Part shown: positions 12,421 to 22,638 of the stretch, piece after piece
Layout of the letters: each line of letters begins with the position of its first letter
Position numbering within the stretch: position 1 is the stretch's first letter
Assembly (NCBI GenBank): GCA_963771155.1
Contig: CAVYSK010000001.1
Span: 20,457-84,456, forward strand
Origin: an uncultured Chloroflexia bacterium
GTDB taxonomy: Bacteria; Chloroflexota; Limnocylindria; QHBO01
DNA: 64,000 nt
Direction: 5' to 3'
The notes under the pieces: model-generated
Database searches by the model: none
Told to the model about the DNA's origin: nothing
Seen by the model: the letters and a program-made list of their open reading frames with translations, nothing else
Made by a program: the position numbers and the translations under genes

Positions 12421-12434
12421 CGAGTCCTGTCAGG
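12416..12434. promoter_or_regulatory. Palindromic operator CCTGAC-N7-GTCAGG upstream of WYL regulator
   Basis: Perfect 6-bp inverted repeat, followed by TATCCT (-10) and ATG at 12458. Confidence 0.6.
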
Positions 12435-12457
12435 ATCTCCGGCGTATCCTCCGGCGT

Positions 12458-13426
12458 ATGCGAGCCTCCCGACTCGTCCAGCTGCTGCTGCTCCTCCAGG
12501 CGCGCGGGCGCATGACCGCGGCGAGCCTGGCCAATGAGCTCGAGGTCAGCGAGCGCACGATCCACCGAGACGTGGAGGCGCTCAGCGCCGCGGGCGTGCC
12601 GATCTACGCGGAGCGCGGCCCGCACGGCGGGATCCAGCTGGTTGACGGCTACCGGACCCGCCTGACGGGCCTGACCGGTGACGAGGCGGAGGCGCTGTTC
12701 CTGTCGGGACTCCCCGGCCCGGCGGCGGAGCTGGGGCTCGGCACCGTCGTGGCCGCCGCGCGGCTGAAGGTGCTCGCGGCCCTGCCGAACGAGCTCCGTG
12801 CCCGCGCATCGCGGCTGGTCGAACGCTTCCATCTCGACGCGGCCGGCTGGTTCCATGCCTCCGAGTCGGTCCCGCACCTTGGCGTTCTCGCGGATGCCGT
12901 CTGGGAGGCCCGTCGCGTGACGGTCGGCTATCGTCGAGCTGGAGGCGAGGTGGATCGGATCCTCGACCCACTGGGACTGGTCCTCAAGGCCGGCGTCTGG
13001 TACCTCGTGGCCGCCAGCGACGGACAGGTCCGAACGTATCGGATCTCGCGCTTCAGCCGGGTCTCGCCTACCGACCGGACATTCGAGCGGCCGTCGGACT
13101 TCGACCTGGCCAGCCACTGGCGCGAGTCGATCGAGGCGTACGAGGCATCGACGCCCCGGATCGAGATCACCGTCCGGGTGGACCCGCGCGCCATCGGCGT
13201 GCTGGCCGATCTGGTTGGCGAGCGATCGGTTCGCGACGCGGAGCGTATCGGCGACGACGGCCCGGACGGATGGCGCCAGCTGCGGCTGACGGTCGACTGG
13301 CCCGAGGAGGTCCCGGCGCGGCTCGTCGCCCTCGGCGATCGCGTGGAGGTGGTCGCGCCGGCCGAGATCCGCGACCAGGTGCGGACGACCGCCGAGCGGG
13401 TGCTGTCGCGCTACGCCGTCAGCTAA
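12458..13426 (+). CDS. YafY-family HTH + WYL + WCX transcriptional regulator
   Basis: MRASRLVQLLLLLQ, VSERTIHRDVEAL, LDPLGLVLKAGVWYLVA, RTYRISR. Confidence 0.93.
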   Translation: MRASRLVQLLLLLQARGRMTAASLANELEVSERTIHRDVEALSAAGVPIYAERGPHGGIQLVDGYRTRLTGLTGDEAEALFLSGLPGPAAELGLGTVVAAARLKVLAALPNELRARASRLVERFHLDAAGWFHASESVPHLGVLADAVWEARRVTVGYRRAGGEVDRILDPLGLVLKAGVWYLVAASDGQVRTYRISRFSRVSPTDRTFERPSDFDLASHWRESIEAYEASTPRIEITVRVDPRAIGVLADLVGERSVRDAERIGDDGPDGWRQLRLTVDWPEEVPARLVALGDRVEVVAPAEIRDQVRTTAERVLSRYAVS

Positions 13427-13931
13427 ACGCCCCGAACACCGTCCCGAGCGCGGACGCCAGGAGCCAGATGCTGGCGATCAGGATCGCGAGGATCGCGCCG
13501 ACCACGGCCAGCACCGCTGCCCATTCGTCACGCGTCGAGCGGTCGGGCCGCTCGAGATGACGCCGCATCAGGTCGAGGTTGCGCGTGTTGGACTTGAACC
13601 AGAAGTCGAAGACGTCGCCGACGAACGGGATGGCGCCGAGCGTCATGTCGATCAGCGTCGTGATCAGCATGCGGGCCACCACGATGGTCGGCAGGCCCAT
13701 CCGTGAGGCTCGCCACACCAGGAGAAGCCCGATCAGCCCGCCCACCAGGTCGCCGATGCCGGGCACGAGTCCGATGACCCCGTCGATGCCGAAGCGGCGG
13801 CCGCCGATCCCGGGCAACGTGAGGCTCCGGTCCAGCAGCCACCCAAGCGTCTCCACCTCGGCAAGCGCGCGGGCGCGGCGGTCGGAGGTCCGATTCGTGC
13901 GAGCCGGGAGGATCCGGGTGCGAGCGAGCAT
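13419..13931 (-). CDS. DUF4112 domain membrane protein
   Basis: LLDRS..RFGIDGVIGLVPGIGD, GAIPFVGDVFDFWFKSNTRN. Confidence 0.88.
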   Translation of the reverse strand: MLARTRILPARTNRTSDRRARALAEVETLGWLLDRSLTLPGIGGRRFGIDGVIGLVPGIGDLVGGLIGLLLVWRASRMGLPTIVVARMLITTLIDMTLGAIPFVGDVFDFWFKSNTRNLDLMRRHLERPDRSTRDEWAAVLAVVGAILAILIASIWLLASALGTVFGAFS

Positions 13932-14046
13932 GCCGGCTCGCCATGCAGGTTGGATGCCTCGATCCAGACCCTGCGACAAATGACGTATTCGGCAGGCCGC
14001 CATTCCGACGTGTCCAGTGCCTGCGAGCGGGGGGAAACTGTCGGGC

Positions 14047-14490
14047 ATGACCGCCCTGCCCACCGCGACCCCGTCGCCGATGTCCTCCAACCCGAGCGTG
14101 CCGCTCATCGGCATGCTCCGCGTGCTGCTGCTCGTCGAGGCCGCGGCGACCCTGGCCCTGGCCGTGCTGCTGAGCATGCTGGCCGGTGGGACCGCCGACT
14201 TCCTGGGAGCCGACGTCGGTGCCGGAGCCGAGACGTCGCTCCGCTTCGCGGCCGGCGCGTCCTTCCTGTTCGCAATCTTCGCGGCGGTCGCCTCGCGCGG
14301 CGCGCGGCGCCGACGCCTGTGGGCCTGGACCCTCGCCGCGATCCTGCAGGTCGTCCTGGCCATCGGCACCGGCGTCGCGGTGCTGGTCGCCGAGTGGCAT
14401 CCGGCATACCTCATCGGATTCGCCATGGCCGCAGGGGTGATGACGGTGCTGTCCACCGGACCGGTGCGACGCGCTCTGGGGCAGGCCTGA
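14047..14490 (+). CDS. Hypothetical 4-TM membrane protein
   Basis: Four hydrophobic segments, GC-rich codon pattern. Confidence 0.7.
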   Translation: MTALPTATPSPMSSNPSVPLIGMLRVLLLVEAAATLALAVLLSMLAGGTADFLGADVGAGAETSLRFAAGASFLFAIFAAVASRGARRRRLWAWTLAAILQVVLAIGTGVAVLVAEWHPAYLIGFAMAAGVMTVLSTGPVRRALGQA

Positions 14491-14514
14491 CCCTCGATTC
14501 ACACCGGCGGGGAG

Positions 14515-14551
14515 TTCCTGACGGCTTCTGTCCGGAATTCGGCCTAGCATG
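14515..14551 (+). promoter_or_regulatory. Second CCTGAC-N7-GTC(C)GG box plus -10 (TAGCAT), leaderless promoter of DUF72 gene
   Basis: TTCCTGAC-GGCTTCT-GTCCGGAA; TGTCCG-N10-TAGCAT-N6-ATG. Confidence 0.55.
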
Positions 14552-14556
14552 GGTCG

Positions 14557-15572
14557 ATGACCGAGGGGAGTCCCCACGATCCCGGCCCGGACCTCGCCGG
14601 ACGCCGCGGTGAGGCACACGCAACCGCCGCACGGGAACCGCTGACCGACGGGACGGCGACGATCCGCATCGGCACCGCCTCCTGGACGGATCCGACGATG
14701 ACCGCGCCGGGCGTCTTCTACCCGCCCGATGCCGGGACGGCCGAGGACCGGCTCGTCTACTACGCGAACCAGTTCCCCATCGTGGAGGTGGACGCGACGT
14801 ACTACGCGCTGCCGGCGCGTCGCACCGGCGAGCTCTGGCTGGAGCGAACGCCACCCGGGTTCACGTTCGACATCAAGGCCCACGCCCTGATGACCGGCCA
14901 GCCGTCGGAGCCGAAGCGGCTCCCGAAGGACCTGCGGGAGGCCCTGCCGCCCGAGCTCCTGGATCAGAAGCGGGTCTACGCCCGTGAGCTGCCGGGCGAG
15001 ATCGAGGACGAGATCTGGGCCCGCTTCCTGGATGGCATCGAGCCATTGCGCAGCTCCGGAAAGCTCGGGGCGGTCTTCCTCCAGTATCCGCGCTGGTTCT
15101 TCCCGACCAGCGAGTCCCGCGACGAGATCGTCAAGGCGAAGGATCGGCTGGGCGACACACCGTTCGCGGTCGAGCTGCGCCACGCCTCCTGGTTCAACGA
15201 GAAGAACCGCGACCGAACGCTGGCGTTCCTCGAGAAGTACGAGATCCCGTTCGTCATGGTCGACGCGCCGCCCGGTACGAAGTCGTCGGTGCCGCCGATG
15301 ACGGTGATCACCTCCCCCGGCTGGCGGTGGTCCGCTTCCACGGACGCCGGACCGAGACCTGGGAGGCCACCGGCATCCCGGTGGTCGAGCGCTTCCGCTA
15401 TCTCTACGACGAGGCGGAGCTGAGCGAGTGGGTCCCACGCATCCGGGAGGCGGCCGGCCAGGTGCCGGAGATCCACGTGCTGATGAACAACTGCTACGCG
15501 AACTACGGGACGACGAACGCCCGCGAGATCGCCGACCTGCTGGCCGCCAGCATCCCCCGTCTCGACCGCTGA
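14557..15572 (+). CDS. DUF72 (YecE-like) domain protein, one frameshift near 15320
   Basis: IRIGTASW, VEVDATYY, FTFDIKAH, LGAVFLQYP, AVELRH, VRFHGR, HVLMNN. Confidence 0.9.
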
Positions 15573-15610
15573 CGCGGCACCGGCGCGGAGGCGCTACCCT
15601 CTCCCGCGCC

Positions 15611-16436
15611 ATGACCGCGCCAGGGGGACCTACGCCGACTCGACGCCGATGGCGGCTGCTCGCCGCCGCCTCTGCCGGGCTCCTCGTCGCGGGCTGCACG
15701 TTTCCGGAGCTCGCCACACCGAGCCCCACGCCCATCACCGACCCCGTCACCCACCGCCAGCCCGACCCCGACCCCCGAGCCGGCGACACCGACCGCGTTC
15801 CCGACACCTGACCCGGCCGCCATTCCCGACTTCACCGCGGGCGACATCGTGGCATCGCTCATCGACGGACTGCGGGTCCGGCAGCGACCGGGCGTCGATG
15901 CGCAGATCTCCACCGGCCTGCTGCCGCTGAACGCGGAGCTCCAGGTGGTGATGGGTCCGTTCCCGCTCGATGGCTTCGGCTGGTACCTCGTCGCCGACGC
16001 CGATCCGAACGAGCCGCAGTTCGAGGAGGGTTGGGTCGCGGCCGGCTACGAGCCCGAGCCGTTCCTGACGGCGACCGGCCGAACCGTGGAGGACTCCCTC
16101 TTCGTCGCGTCGATGTCGGGTACCGGAGATGCCGAGCAGGGACCGATGGAGATCGGTGACGAGGATCACGCGATCCGCTGGATCGCCACCGACCCCGAGG
16201 GACGAGGGTGCACCTTCGCCGTCTCGCTGGCACCGGGAGGCGAGGAGCCGGTGCCGGTCATCCGCGCGACCGTCGGCGGCGGCGTCGATCGCGGGACCCT
16301 CCAGCCGCAGACATTCGACGCGCTCGGCGTGCGGGGCACGGCGTTCGCCAGCGTCACCTCCAACTGTGCGTGGGCACTAGTCATCACGCGGGTGCCGCCA
16401 TCCGGCTCCGAGCCGAGCCCCTCACCGGACGACTGA
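15611..16436 (+). CDS. Hypothetical lipoprotein (frameshifted)
   Basis: Lipobox LLVAGC, Pro/Thr linker, SH3-like LRVRQRPG..GWYLV..GWVA. Confidence 0.65.
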
Positions 16437-16505
16437 CCGTCGCGACCGCCGAGCTGTCGTGAACCTCGCTACGCTTCAGCTCATGCGGGGGTCTTCCGGA
16501 GTCCG

Positions 16506-19500
16506 ATGCAGCTGATCGACGGCGCGCCCGTCTTCTCCGCCACCGACCTCGTCGGGTACCTGGCGTGTGAGCACCTGACCGCCCTCGAGACCGCGGTGCT
16601 TCACGGGGACCTGGAGCGCCCCCACCGGAACGACCGGGAGCTCGACGTCATCCGCAAGCGCGGCTTCGCCCACGAGGCCCGCTATCTCGCCGAGCTCCGC
16701 TCGGGGACGGCGACGATCGTCACGATCGAGCGTGACGATGAGGAAGACCACGCCGATCGGATCCGGCGGCAGGCCGCGGAGACGATCACCGCGATGGCCA
16801 GCGGCGCCGATGTCATCTACCAGGCCACCTTCTTCGACGGGCGCTGGCTCGGGTACGCCGACTTCCTGCTCCGAGTCGACGACGCGGACCGGCCATCCGT
16901 GTGGGGGCCGTATCACTACGAGGTGGCGGACACGAAGCTCGCGCGGCACGTGAAGGCCGGCGCGGTCATGCAGATCTGCTCGTACGTCGAACAGCTCGAA
17001 CGGATCCAGGGAGTGCAGCCGGCCCACATGAAGGTGGTGCTCGGCGGGAGCGCGCGCGAGACGGCCGTGCTGCGCACCGAGGACTACATGGCGTACTACC
17101 GCGCGGCGAAGCAGCGGTTCGAGGTGGCCGTGCTCGAGGACGAAGTGCTGCGGCCAACGTCGCCGTCGACGACGTATCCGGAGCCGGTCGAGCACTGCGA
17201 CGTCTGCCGCTGGGCGGCAGCGTGCGCCCAGCGCCGGCGCGACGATGACCACCTCTCACTGGTGGCCGGCATCACCGGGCGGCAGCGGACGGCCCTCGCC
17301 ACGCGCGAGATCGACACCGTGGTCCGGCTGGCGAACGCTCCCCTGCCGTTCCGTCCCCCGCTGGACGGCACCAGCGCGGCGAGCATCGAGCGGGTGCGCG
17401 AGCAGGCACGGATCCAGGTCGCCGGGCGCGCGCTGCCGAAGCCGATCCACGAGCTCATCCTGCCGCAACCGGGGGAGCAGATCGAGCCGGAGCGCGGGCT
17501 GGCCACGCTCCCGCCGCCCGACCCGGGCGACCTCTTCCTCGACCTCGAGGGTGATCCCTACGCCTTCGACGACGGCGTGGACTACCTGTTCGGCGTGCTC
17601 GACACGTCGGACGCCTTCACGCCGATCTGGTCGTTCGACCCGGAGCGACCCAGCGAGATCAGCCTGGCCGGCGAGAAGGCGGGGTTCGAGACGCTCATCG
17701 ACATGCTCATCGATCGGCTCGAGCGCCACCCCCGGATGCACGTGTACCACTACGCCAGCTACGAGCCGACCGCGCTGAAGCGGCTCATGGGGCGGCATGC
17801 GACGCGGGAGGACGGGGTGGATCGCCTCCTGCGGGGCGGCGTCCTGGTCGACCTGTTCCGCGCGGTTCGACAGGGCCTGCGCGCGTCGGTCGAGAGCTAC
17901 AGCATCAAGCGCATCGAGCCGCTGTACGACTTCGAGCGGGCCGTCGAGCTGCGCGATGCCGGATCGAGCATCGTCGCCTTCGAGGAGTGGCTCGAGCTCG
18001 GCGAGGGCGGTCGGCCGAGCTCGGGCATCCTGGATGAGATCGCGGACTACAACCGCGACGACGTCGTGTCGACCGCGCGGCTCCGGGACTGGCTGGAACG
18101 CCTCCGTCAGGATCTGGCCGCGGCGACCGGCCAGGAGGTTCCGCGCCCGACGCCGGTCACCGGCGACGCCCCCGTCGAGCTGGCGGACGCGGAGGCCCGC
18201 GTGGCGGAGGTCGCCGATGCGCTGACCGATGGCGTCCCGGTCGATCCCACGGCGCGCACCACCGACCAGCGGGCGCGGTGGCTGCTCGCCCAGCTGCTGT
18301 CATGGCATCGGCGGGAGAAGAAGGCGACGTACTGGGAGTTCTTCCACCGGATGGAGCTCGACGCGACCGAGCTGACCATCGATAAGGGGGCGCTGGGCCC
18401 ACTCGAGGTCGTCGGCCGCGTCCGCGAGCCGTTCCTGCCGACCCCGAAGTCGAAGCTGCTCCGCCAGGTGTGGCGATACCGATTCCCGCCGCAGGACTAC
18501 GACATCGGATCGCGCAGCGAGCTCTATGACCCGGCGCTGCGACAGGCCTCGCCCGACGGTGGCATGAAGGCCTGGAAGATGAACGCCGCGATTGTCGACG
18601 TCGATGCCGGCGACAGCACGATCGACGTCGAGTGGAAGGGCGGCGAGGAGCCCATGCATCCGGCCGGGATCGTGCCGCTCGACGTCTTCCAGGACGGGCT
18701 GCACCGGGCGGCGCTGCTGCGCCTGGGCGGATGGGTCGCCGACCACGGCATGGATGCGGATGGGCCGTGGCGCGCCGCGCGTGACCTGCTGCTGCGTCGC
18801 GCACCGCGAGCGGGCCAGGCTCCCGGTGAGGCGCTGTCTGGCCCGAACGAGACCGAGCTCGACGCAGCACGCCGGCTGGCGGTCGCCCTCGATCGAACCA
18901 CGCTCGCCATCCAGGGACCGCCGGGCTCGGGCAAGACGTACACCGGGGCGCGGATGATCGTCGCGCTCGTGGCTGCCGGGAAGCGGGTGGGGATCAGCGC
19001 GAACAGCCACAAGGTCATCGGCAACTTCATCGATGCCGTCCGCGTCGCGGCGCGGGACGCGGACATCACGGTCCGCATCGGACAGAAGATCACGGAGGAC
19101 GGACAGGGCGTCGACCACGATGACGTGGTCGTCACGAAGGACAACGGCGTCGTCCGCGACGGCCTCAGGCTGGGCACGCTCGACGTCGTGGGCGGCACGT
19201 CGTGGCTCTGGGCCTCCGAGCACAGTGACGGCCTGGTCGACGTCCTCTTCGTCGACGAGGCGGGCCAGGTGGCGCTCGCGAACGTGCTGGCCACTGCCGG
19301 TGCGGCAGAGTCGATCGTCCTGCTCGGGGACCCCCAGCAGCTCGACCAACCGCTCCAGGGCTCGCACCCGCCCGGTGCCGATCGGTCGGCGCTCGCCCAC
19401 CTCCTCGACGGACGGCCCACGATCCCCGACGATCTCGGGCTGTTCCTCGAGCACACGTACCGCCTCCATCCCGACGTCGCCCGCTTCACGTCCGAGGCCT

Positions 19501-20192
19501 TCTACGAAGGCCGGCTCGAGTCGCGGTCAGACCTGGAGCTCCAGCGCATCCACGGCCCGGCCCCGCTGGGTGGCAGCGGGCTGCGCTACGTGGAGGCCTC
19601 CCACGTCGGGGCGGACAGTGTGTCGCGGTCCGAGGCGCTCCAGGTGGCCGGCGTGGTCCGCGCGCTGGTCGACAGCGGATCGACGTGGGTCGACCGCAGC
19701 GGCGACGAGCACCGCATCGGCTACGGCGACGTTCTCGTTGTCGCCCCGTACAACGCGCAGGTCGGCCAGATCGCGAGCCTCCTGCCGTCCGGGGCACGGG
19801 TCGGCACGGTCGACAAGTTCCAGGGCCAGGAGGCGCCGATCAGCATCTACTCGATGACGAGCAGCTCACCGGACGATGCGCCGCGCGGCATGTCGTTCCT
19901 GTACTCGCGCAACCGCCTCAACGTGGCCACCTCGCGCGCTCGCTGCGTGGCGATCGTGGTCGCCGAGCCGGCGCTGCTCCGCGTTCGCGCGCGCACCCCC
20001 GATCAGATGCGACTGGCGAACGCGCTCTGCCAGTTCGTGGAGCTCGCGCAGAGCACCGCTCAGCGGCCGGCGCCCTCGAGCGAGGAGGTGAGCTCGACGT
20101 TGGCCGAGTTCGGATCTCGCCATCCACGGGCTCGTAGAGGTAGCACACGTACTCTCGGTCACCGTCGTCCCATGACCCCTCCGACGGGGTGA
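16506..20192 (+). CDS. TM0106-family RecB-like nuclease fused to RNase H-like and UPF1-like SF1 helicase domains
   Basis: SATDLVGYLAC, GYADFL, ADTKL, DLFLDLEG, IQGPPGSGKT, VDEAGQ, LGDPQQL, APYNAQV, TVDKFQGQE, RLNVATSRA; true 3' end may lie nearer 20070. Confidence 0.92.
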   Translation: MQLIDGAPVFSATDLVGYLACEHLTALETAVLHGDLERPHRNDRELDVIRKRGFAHEARYLAELRSGTATIVTIERDDEEDHADRIRRQAAETITAMASGADVIYQATFFDGRWLGYADFLLRVDDADRPSVWGPYHYEVADTKLARHVKAGAVMQICSYVEQLERIQGVQPAHMKVVLGGSARETAVLRTEDYMAYYRAAKQRFEVAVLEDEVLRPTSPSTTYPEPVEHCDVCRWAAACAQRRRDDDHLSLVAGITGRQRTALATREIDTVVRLANAPLPFRPPLDGTSAASIERVREQARIQVAGRALPKPIHELILPQPGEQIEPERGLATLPPPDPGDLFLDLEGDPYAFDDGVDYLFGVLDTSDAFTPIWSFDPERPSEISLAGEKAGFETLIDMLIDRLERHPRMHVYHYASYEPTALKRLMGRHATREDGVDRLLRGGVLVDLFRAVRQGLRASVESYSIKRIEPLYDFERAVELRDAGSSIVAFEEWLELGEGGRPSSGILDEIADYNRDDVVSTARLRDWLERLRQDLAAATGQEVPRPTPVTGDAPVELADAEARVAEVADALTDGVPVDPTARTTDQRARWLLAQLLSWHRREKKATYWEFFHRMELDATELTIDKGALGPLEVVGRVREPFLPTPKSKLLRQVWRYRFPPQDYDIGSRSELYDPALRQASPDGGMKAWKMNAAIVDVDAGDSTIDVEWKGGEEPMHPAGIVPLDVFQDGLHRAALLRLGGWVADHGMDADGPWRAARDLLLRRAPRAGQAPGEALSGPNETELDAARRLAVALDRTTLAIQGPPGSGKTYTGARMIVALVAAGKRVGISANSHKVIGNFIDAVRVAARDADITVRIGQKITEDGQGVDHDDVVVTKDNGVVRDGLRLGTLDVVGGTSWLWASEHSDGLVDVLFVDEAGQVALANVLATAGAAESIVLLGDPQQLDQPLQGSHPPGADRSALAHLLDGRPTIPDDLGLFLEHTYRLHPDVARFTSEAFYEGRLESRSDLELQRIHGPAPLGGSGLRYVEASHVGADSVSRSEALQVAGVVRALVDSGSTWVDRSGDEHRIGYGDVLVVAPYNAQVGQIASLLPSGARVGTVDKFQGQEAPISIYSMTSSSPDDAPRGMSFLYSRNRLNVATSRARCVAIVVAEPALLRVRARTPDQMRLANALCQFVELAQSTAQRPAPSSEEVSSTLAEFGSRHPRARRGSTRTLGHRRPMTPPTG

Positions 20193-20722
20193 TCATGCCG
20201 GCGTAGATCGCTGACGTGGCGTAATCCGCGCCAACGTACGCCTTCGAACGCCGACACGCAGATCGAGTCGAAGATCGCGTCGAACTCGGCCTCGGTCGGA
20301 TACGTATCGCCTTCACGATCCTGGACGACGTAGACCTCGTACTCGTGCGACTCGTCACAGGGCACGCCGTCGACGTCGCTGATCTCCTCCTCGTCGGCGC
20401 TCGTGTTGAAGCAATCGCCAGGCCGCAGGTCGGTGACCGACACCGTGCCCGCCTCCGTCAGGGCGCCGCCGTCGTCACGCCGGGCCGCGGTGAACCAGCC
20501 AACGCCGAGGGCGATCAGCACAACGGGAATCCACCAGAACCGGATCCAGCGGCGCCACGCCGGAGGCTCCGGTGCGGGACCCGGGACGCCTGCGGCGGTC
20601 GCCCAGGCCTGCTGGTCGGACAGCGTCACTTCGCTGCCGCGCGTCAGCCCGCAGCGGGCGCACGCCATCGCCGCGCCGTCGTTGTCGGCAAAGCAGCGCT
20701 TGCAGACCCATCGGTCGGTCAC
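20060..20722 (-). CDS. RanBP2-type zinc finger + TM + septum-formation-related domain protein (frameshifted)
   Basis: WVCKRCFADNDGAAMACARC; DLRPGDCF, VPCDESHEYE, PSEGSWDDGDREYVCYL. Confidence 0.78.
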
Positions 20723-20732
20723 GCCGCGCACC

Positions 20733-21323
20733 CTAGCCGATTCGGGGCCTTCGCGTCACCCCCGAAGCGAAGGCGTGCACGAACGCCAGCTGCGCCTTGG
20801 TCTCGACAGCCGTCGGGTGCCGAACGCGCCGCACCTCGGCGATCGCCTCGTCAGCGCCCCAGCCGGACGCGATCAGCGCGCACGCGGCGATGGTCCCGGT
20901 CCGCCCGACGCCGCCCATGCAGGCAACAGCGACGTCGCCGCGTTCTCGTCCGACTGCGGCCGAGGCGAGGATCGACTCCGCTTCCGCGACCGATGCCGGC
21001 GGGCTGCCGTCGGGCATCGGCCAGCGATCGACCTCGATGCCGTGCGCAGCCGCCTGCTCGACGATCCGGGGGTCACCCCATGCGTCGAGCTCCCCGTCCT
21101 CGACCAGGAGCAGAAGCCGCCGGACCCCTGCCGCCGCGAGCGCCGCAAGGTCCTGCTCGGTCTCGCGCTCGTACACGCGGCCCGGGTACCGCAGCGAGGC
21201 TCCGTGTTTGCCGGGGAGGATCGTGAGGCCGAGCCGACCGGAGAGCCCGTCGCGCAGGCTGCTCGGATCGAGCCAGTCGACCCGGATCGGCGCGGTACCG
21301 GCGTCGTCGGCCCGAAGGCTCAC
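20733..21323 (-). CDS. Cys-based protein phosphatase (CDKN3/dual-specificity-like)
   Basis: CX5R loop ACMGGVGRTG; LGLTILPGK; AVETKAQ. Confidence 0.88.
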   Translation of the reverse strand: MSLRADDAGTAPIRVDWLDPSSLRDGLSGRLGLTILPGKHGASLRYPGRVYERETEQDLAALAAAGVRRLLLLVEDGELDAWGDPRIVEQAAAHGIEVDRWPMPDGSPPASVAEAESILASAAVGRERGDVAVACMGGVGRTGTIAACALIASGWGADEAIAEVRRVRHPTAVETKAQLAFVHAFASGVTRRPRIG

Positions 21324-21854
21324 CTAGTTGAGCTGCCCGTTGTCGCGCGGGCAGAAGTGCCCGGTCGGATCTAGCGGCTGACCGCAGAACGGGCAGGCCG
21401 GACGACCGGCCGAGACGAGCGCCTCGGCGCGGCGGACGAACCCGCGGGCGTCATCGGGACGGATACGGACGCGCAGGAGGTCGGGTCCGTCGTCCGCATC
21501 ATCCGGAAGCTCCACGTAGTCGCCGCTCTCGGTCGGCGTCTGCGCCTCGATCACGACTGCCTCGCGATCGGGATCCCAGGCCAGCGCCATGGCGCCCACG
21601 CGGAACAGCTCGACGACCGGCTGCTCGAGCGGATGGTCGTCCGGCGCCTCCGGCGCGGGGGACGGCGCCTCCACGGCGTCGAGGAGGTCCTCCATGCGAG
21701 CGGCAAGCGCCGCGACCTGCGCCTTCTCGAGGCCGACGCTCACGAGCGCGCCGCCCTTGCGTGCCTGGAGGAAGAACTCCCGATCACCGGGCTCACCCAT
21801 CGTTCCGGCCACGAACCGGTCGGGGTCGTCGAAGATGAACAGTCGTCGCGTCAT
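21324..21854 (-). CDS. DUF3090 family protein
   Basis: DRFVAGTMGEPGDREFFLQA, LEKAQVAALA, GRPACPFCGQPLDPTGHFCPRDNG. Confidence 0.9.
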   Translation of the reverse strand: MTRRLFIFDDPDRFVAGTMGEPGDREFFLQARKGGALVSVGLEKAQVAALAARMEDLLDAVEAPSPAPEAPDDHPLEQPVVELFRVGAMALAWDPDREAVVIEAQTPTESGDYVELPDDADDGPDLLRVRIRPDDARGFVRRAEALVSAGRPACPFCGQPLDPTGHFCPRDNGQLN

Positions 21855-21970
21855 CGGCCATGCTAGCCGCTCCGAGCCGGGCTAGAGTTGTGGTGCGAAT
21901 GGGCACCAGCTCGAATCGGAACCAGGCGCACGGGGTGCAGCGGCGGCTCCGGCCGCTGCGCGCTCGTGTC

Positions 21971-22545
21971 ATGGCCCGCAGAGCGGGATTCGACCGACGG
22001 TTCAGCCTATCCCCCGGGAACGCCGCATCCTCGGATGGGTGGTTGCCGTCGTCCTCGTCATCGGCATCGCGGTCGTGGTCGGCCTCCTCGGTGGCGACGC
22101 GGACGGAGTGCCAGCCGGCGGCGGCAGCAGCCCGTCCGCGACTACCGCCTTGGAGATCGCGTTCGGAACCGCCATCGATCCGGGGACCGGCGAGGTGGCC
22201 CTCGATGGGCGCACGACCCGATTCGCATCGCCGGACACCTTCGCATACTCCGTCCGGCCGGCCGGAACGGTGCCGGCGACGATCTTCGTCGAGGTCGAGC
22301 GCACCGGAGGCGGCACGCCGGAGGTGGTCCAGTCAACCGGCGAGGATGGACGGCAGCCGATCGCCCGCGGATCGACGACGATCGCGTTCACGGTCCCGGC
22401 GGCCGACCTCCTTGCCGTGTTCGGTCCGGGGGAGTACCGCATGCGGATGTTCGAAAACCCGAGCGACCCGCCGTTCGCGCAAGGCGCGTTCATCCTCGTC
22501 GGCGACCCGGTGCCGACGTCGGGGGCACCGAGCGGGTCGCCCTAG
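21971..22545 (+). CDS. Hypothetical membrane-anchored protein (one frameshift near 5' end)
   Basis: TM helix VAVVLVIGIAVVVGLLG followed by Ig-like beta-rich region. Confidence 0.65.
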
Positions 22546-22563
22546 GCAGGGAAGCCCGGACAT

Positions 22564-22632
22564 GGAAAGGGATCGGAGACGTGCCCCATCTCCGATCCCG
22601 TCAGGCAAGCCGGCGTGCCCATCCGACTCGTC
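22564..22632 (-). ncRNA. Candidate ~70-nt small RNA
   Basis: Lies between a sigma70-like promoter (TTGACA-N18-TACCCT) and an 11-bp terminator stem; no credible ORF. Confidence 0.5.
22566..22599 (-). terminator. Intrinsic terminator
   Basis: Perfect stem GGGATCGGAGA/TCTCCGATCCC, 9-nt loop, followed by TTT on the minus strand. Confidence 0.75.
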
Positions 22633-22638
22633 AGGCGC

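Noticed and set aside
12458-20192. WYL regulator plus TM0106 nuclease-helicase as an anti-phage defence island
   Set aside because: Both families are common chromosomal genes, with host-like composition and no other defence genes nearby.
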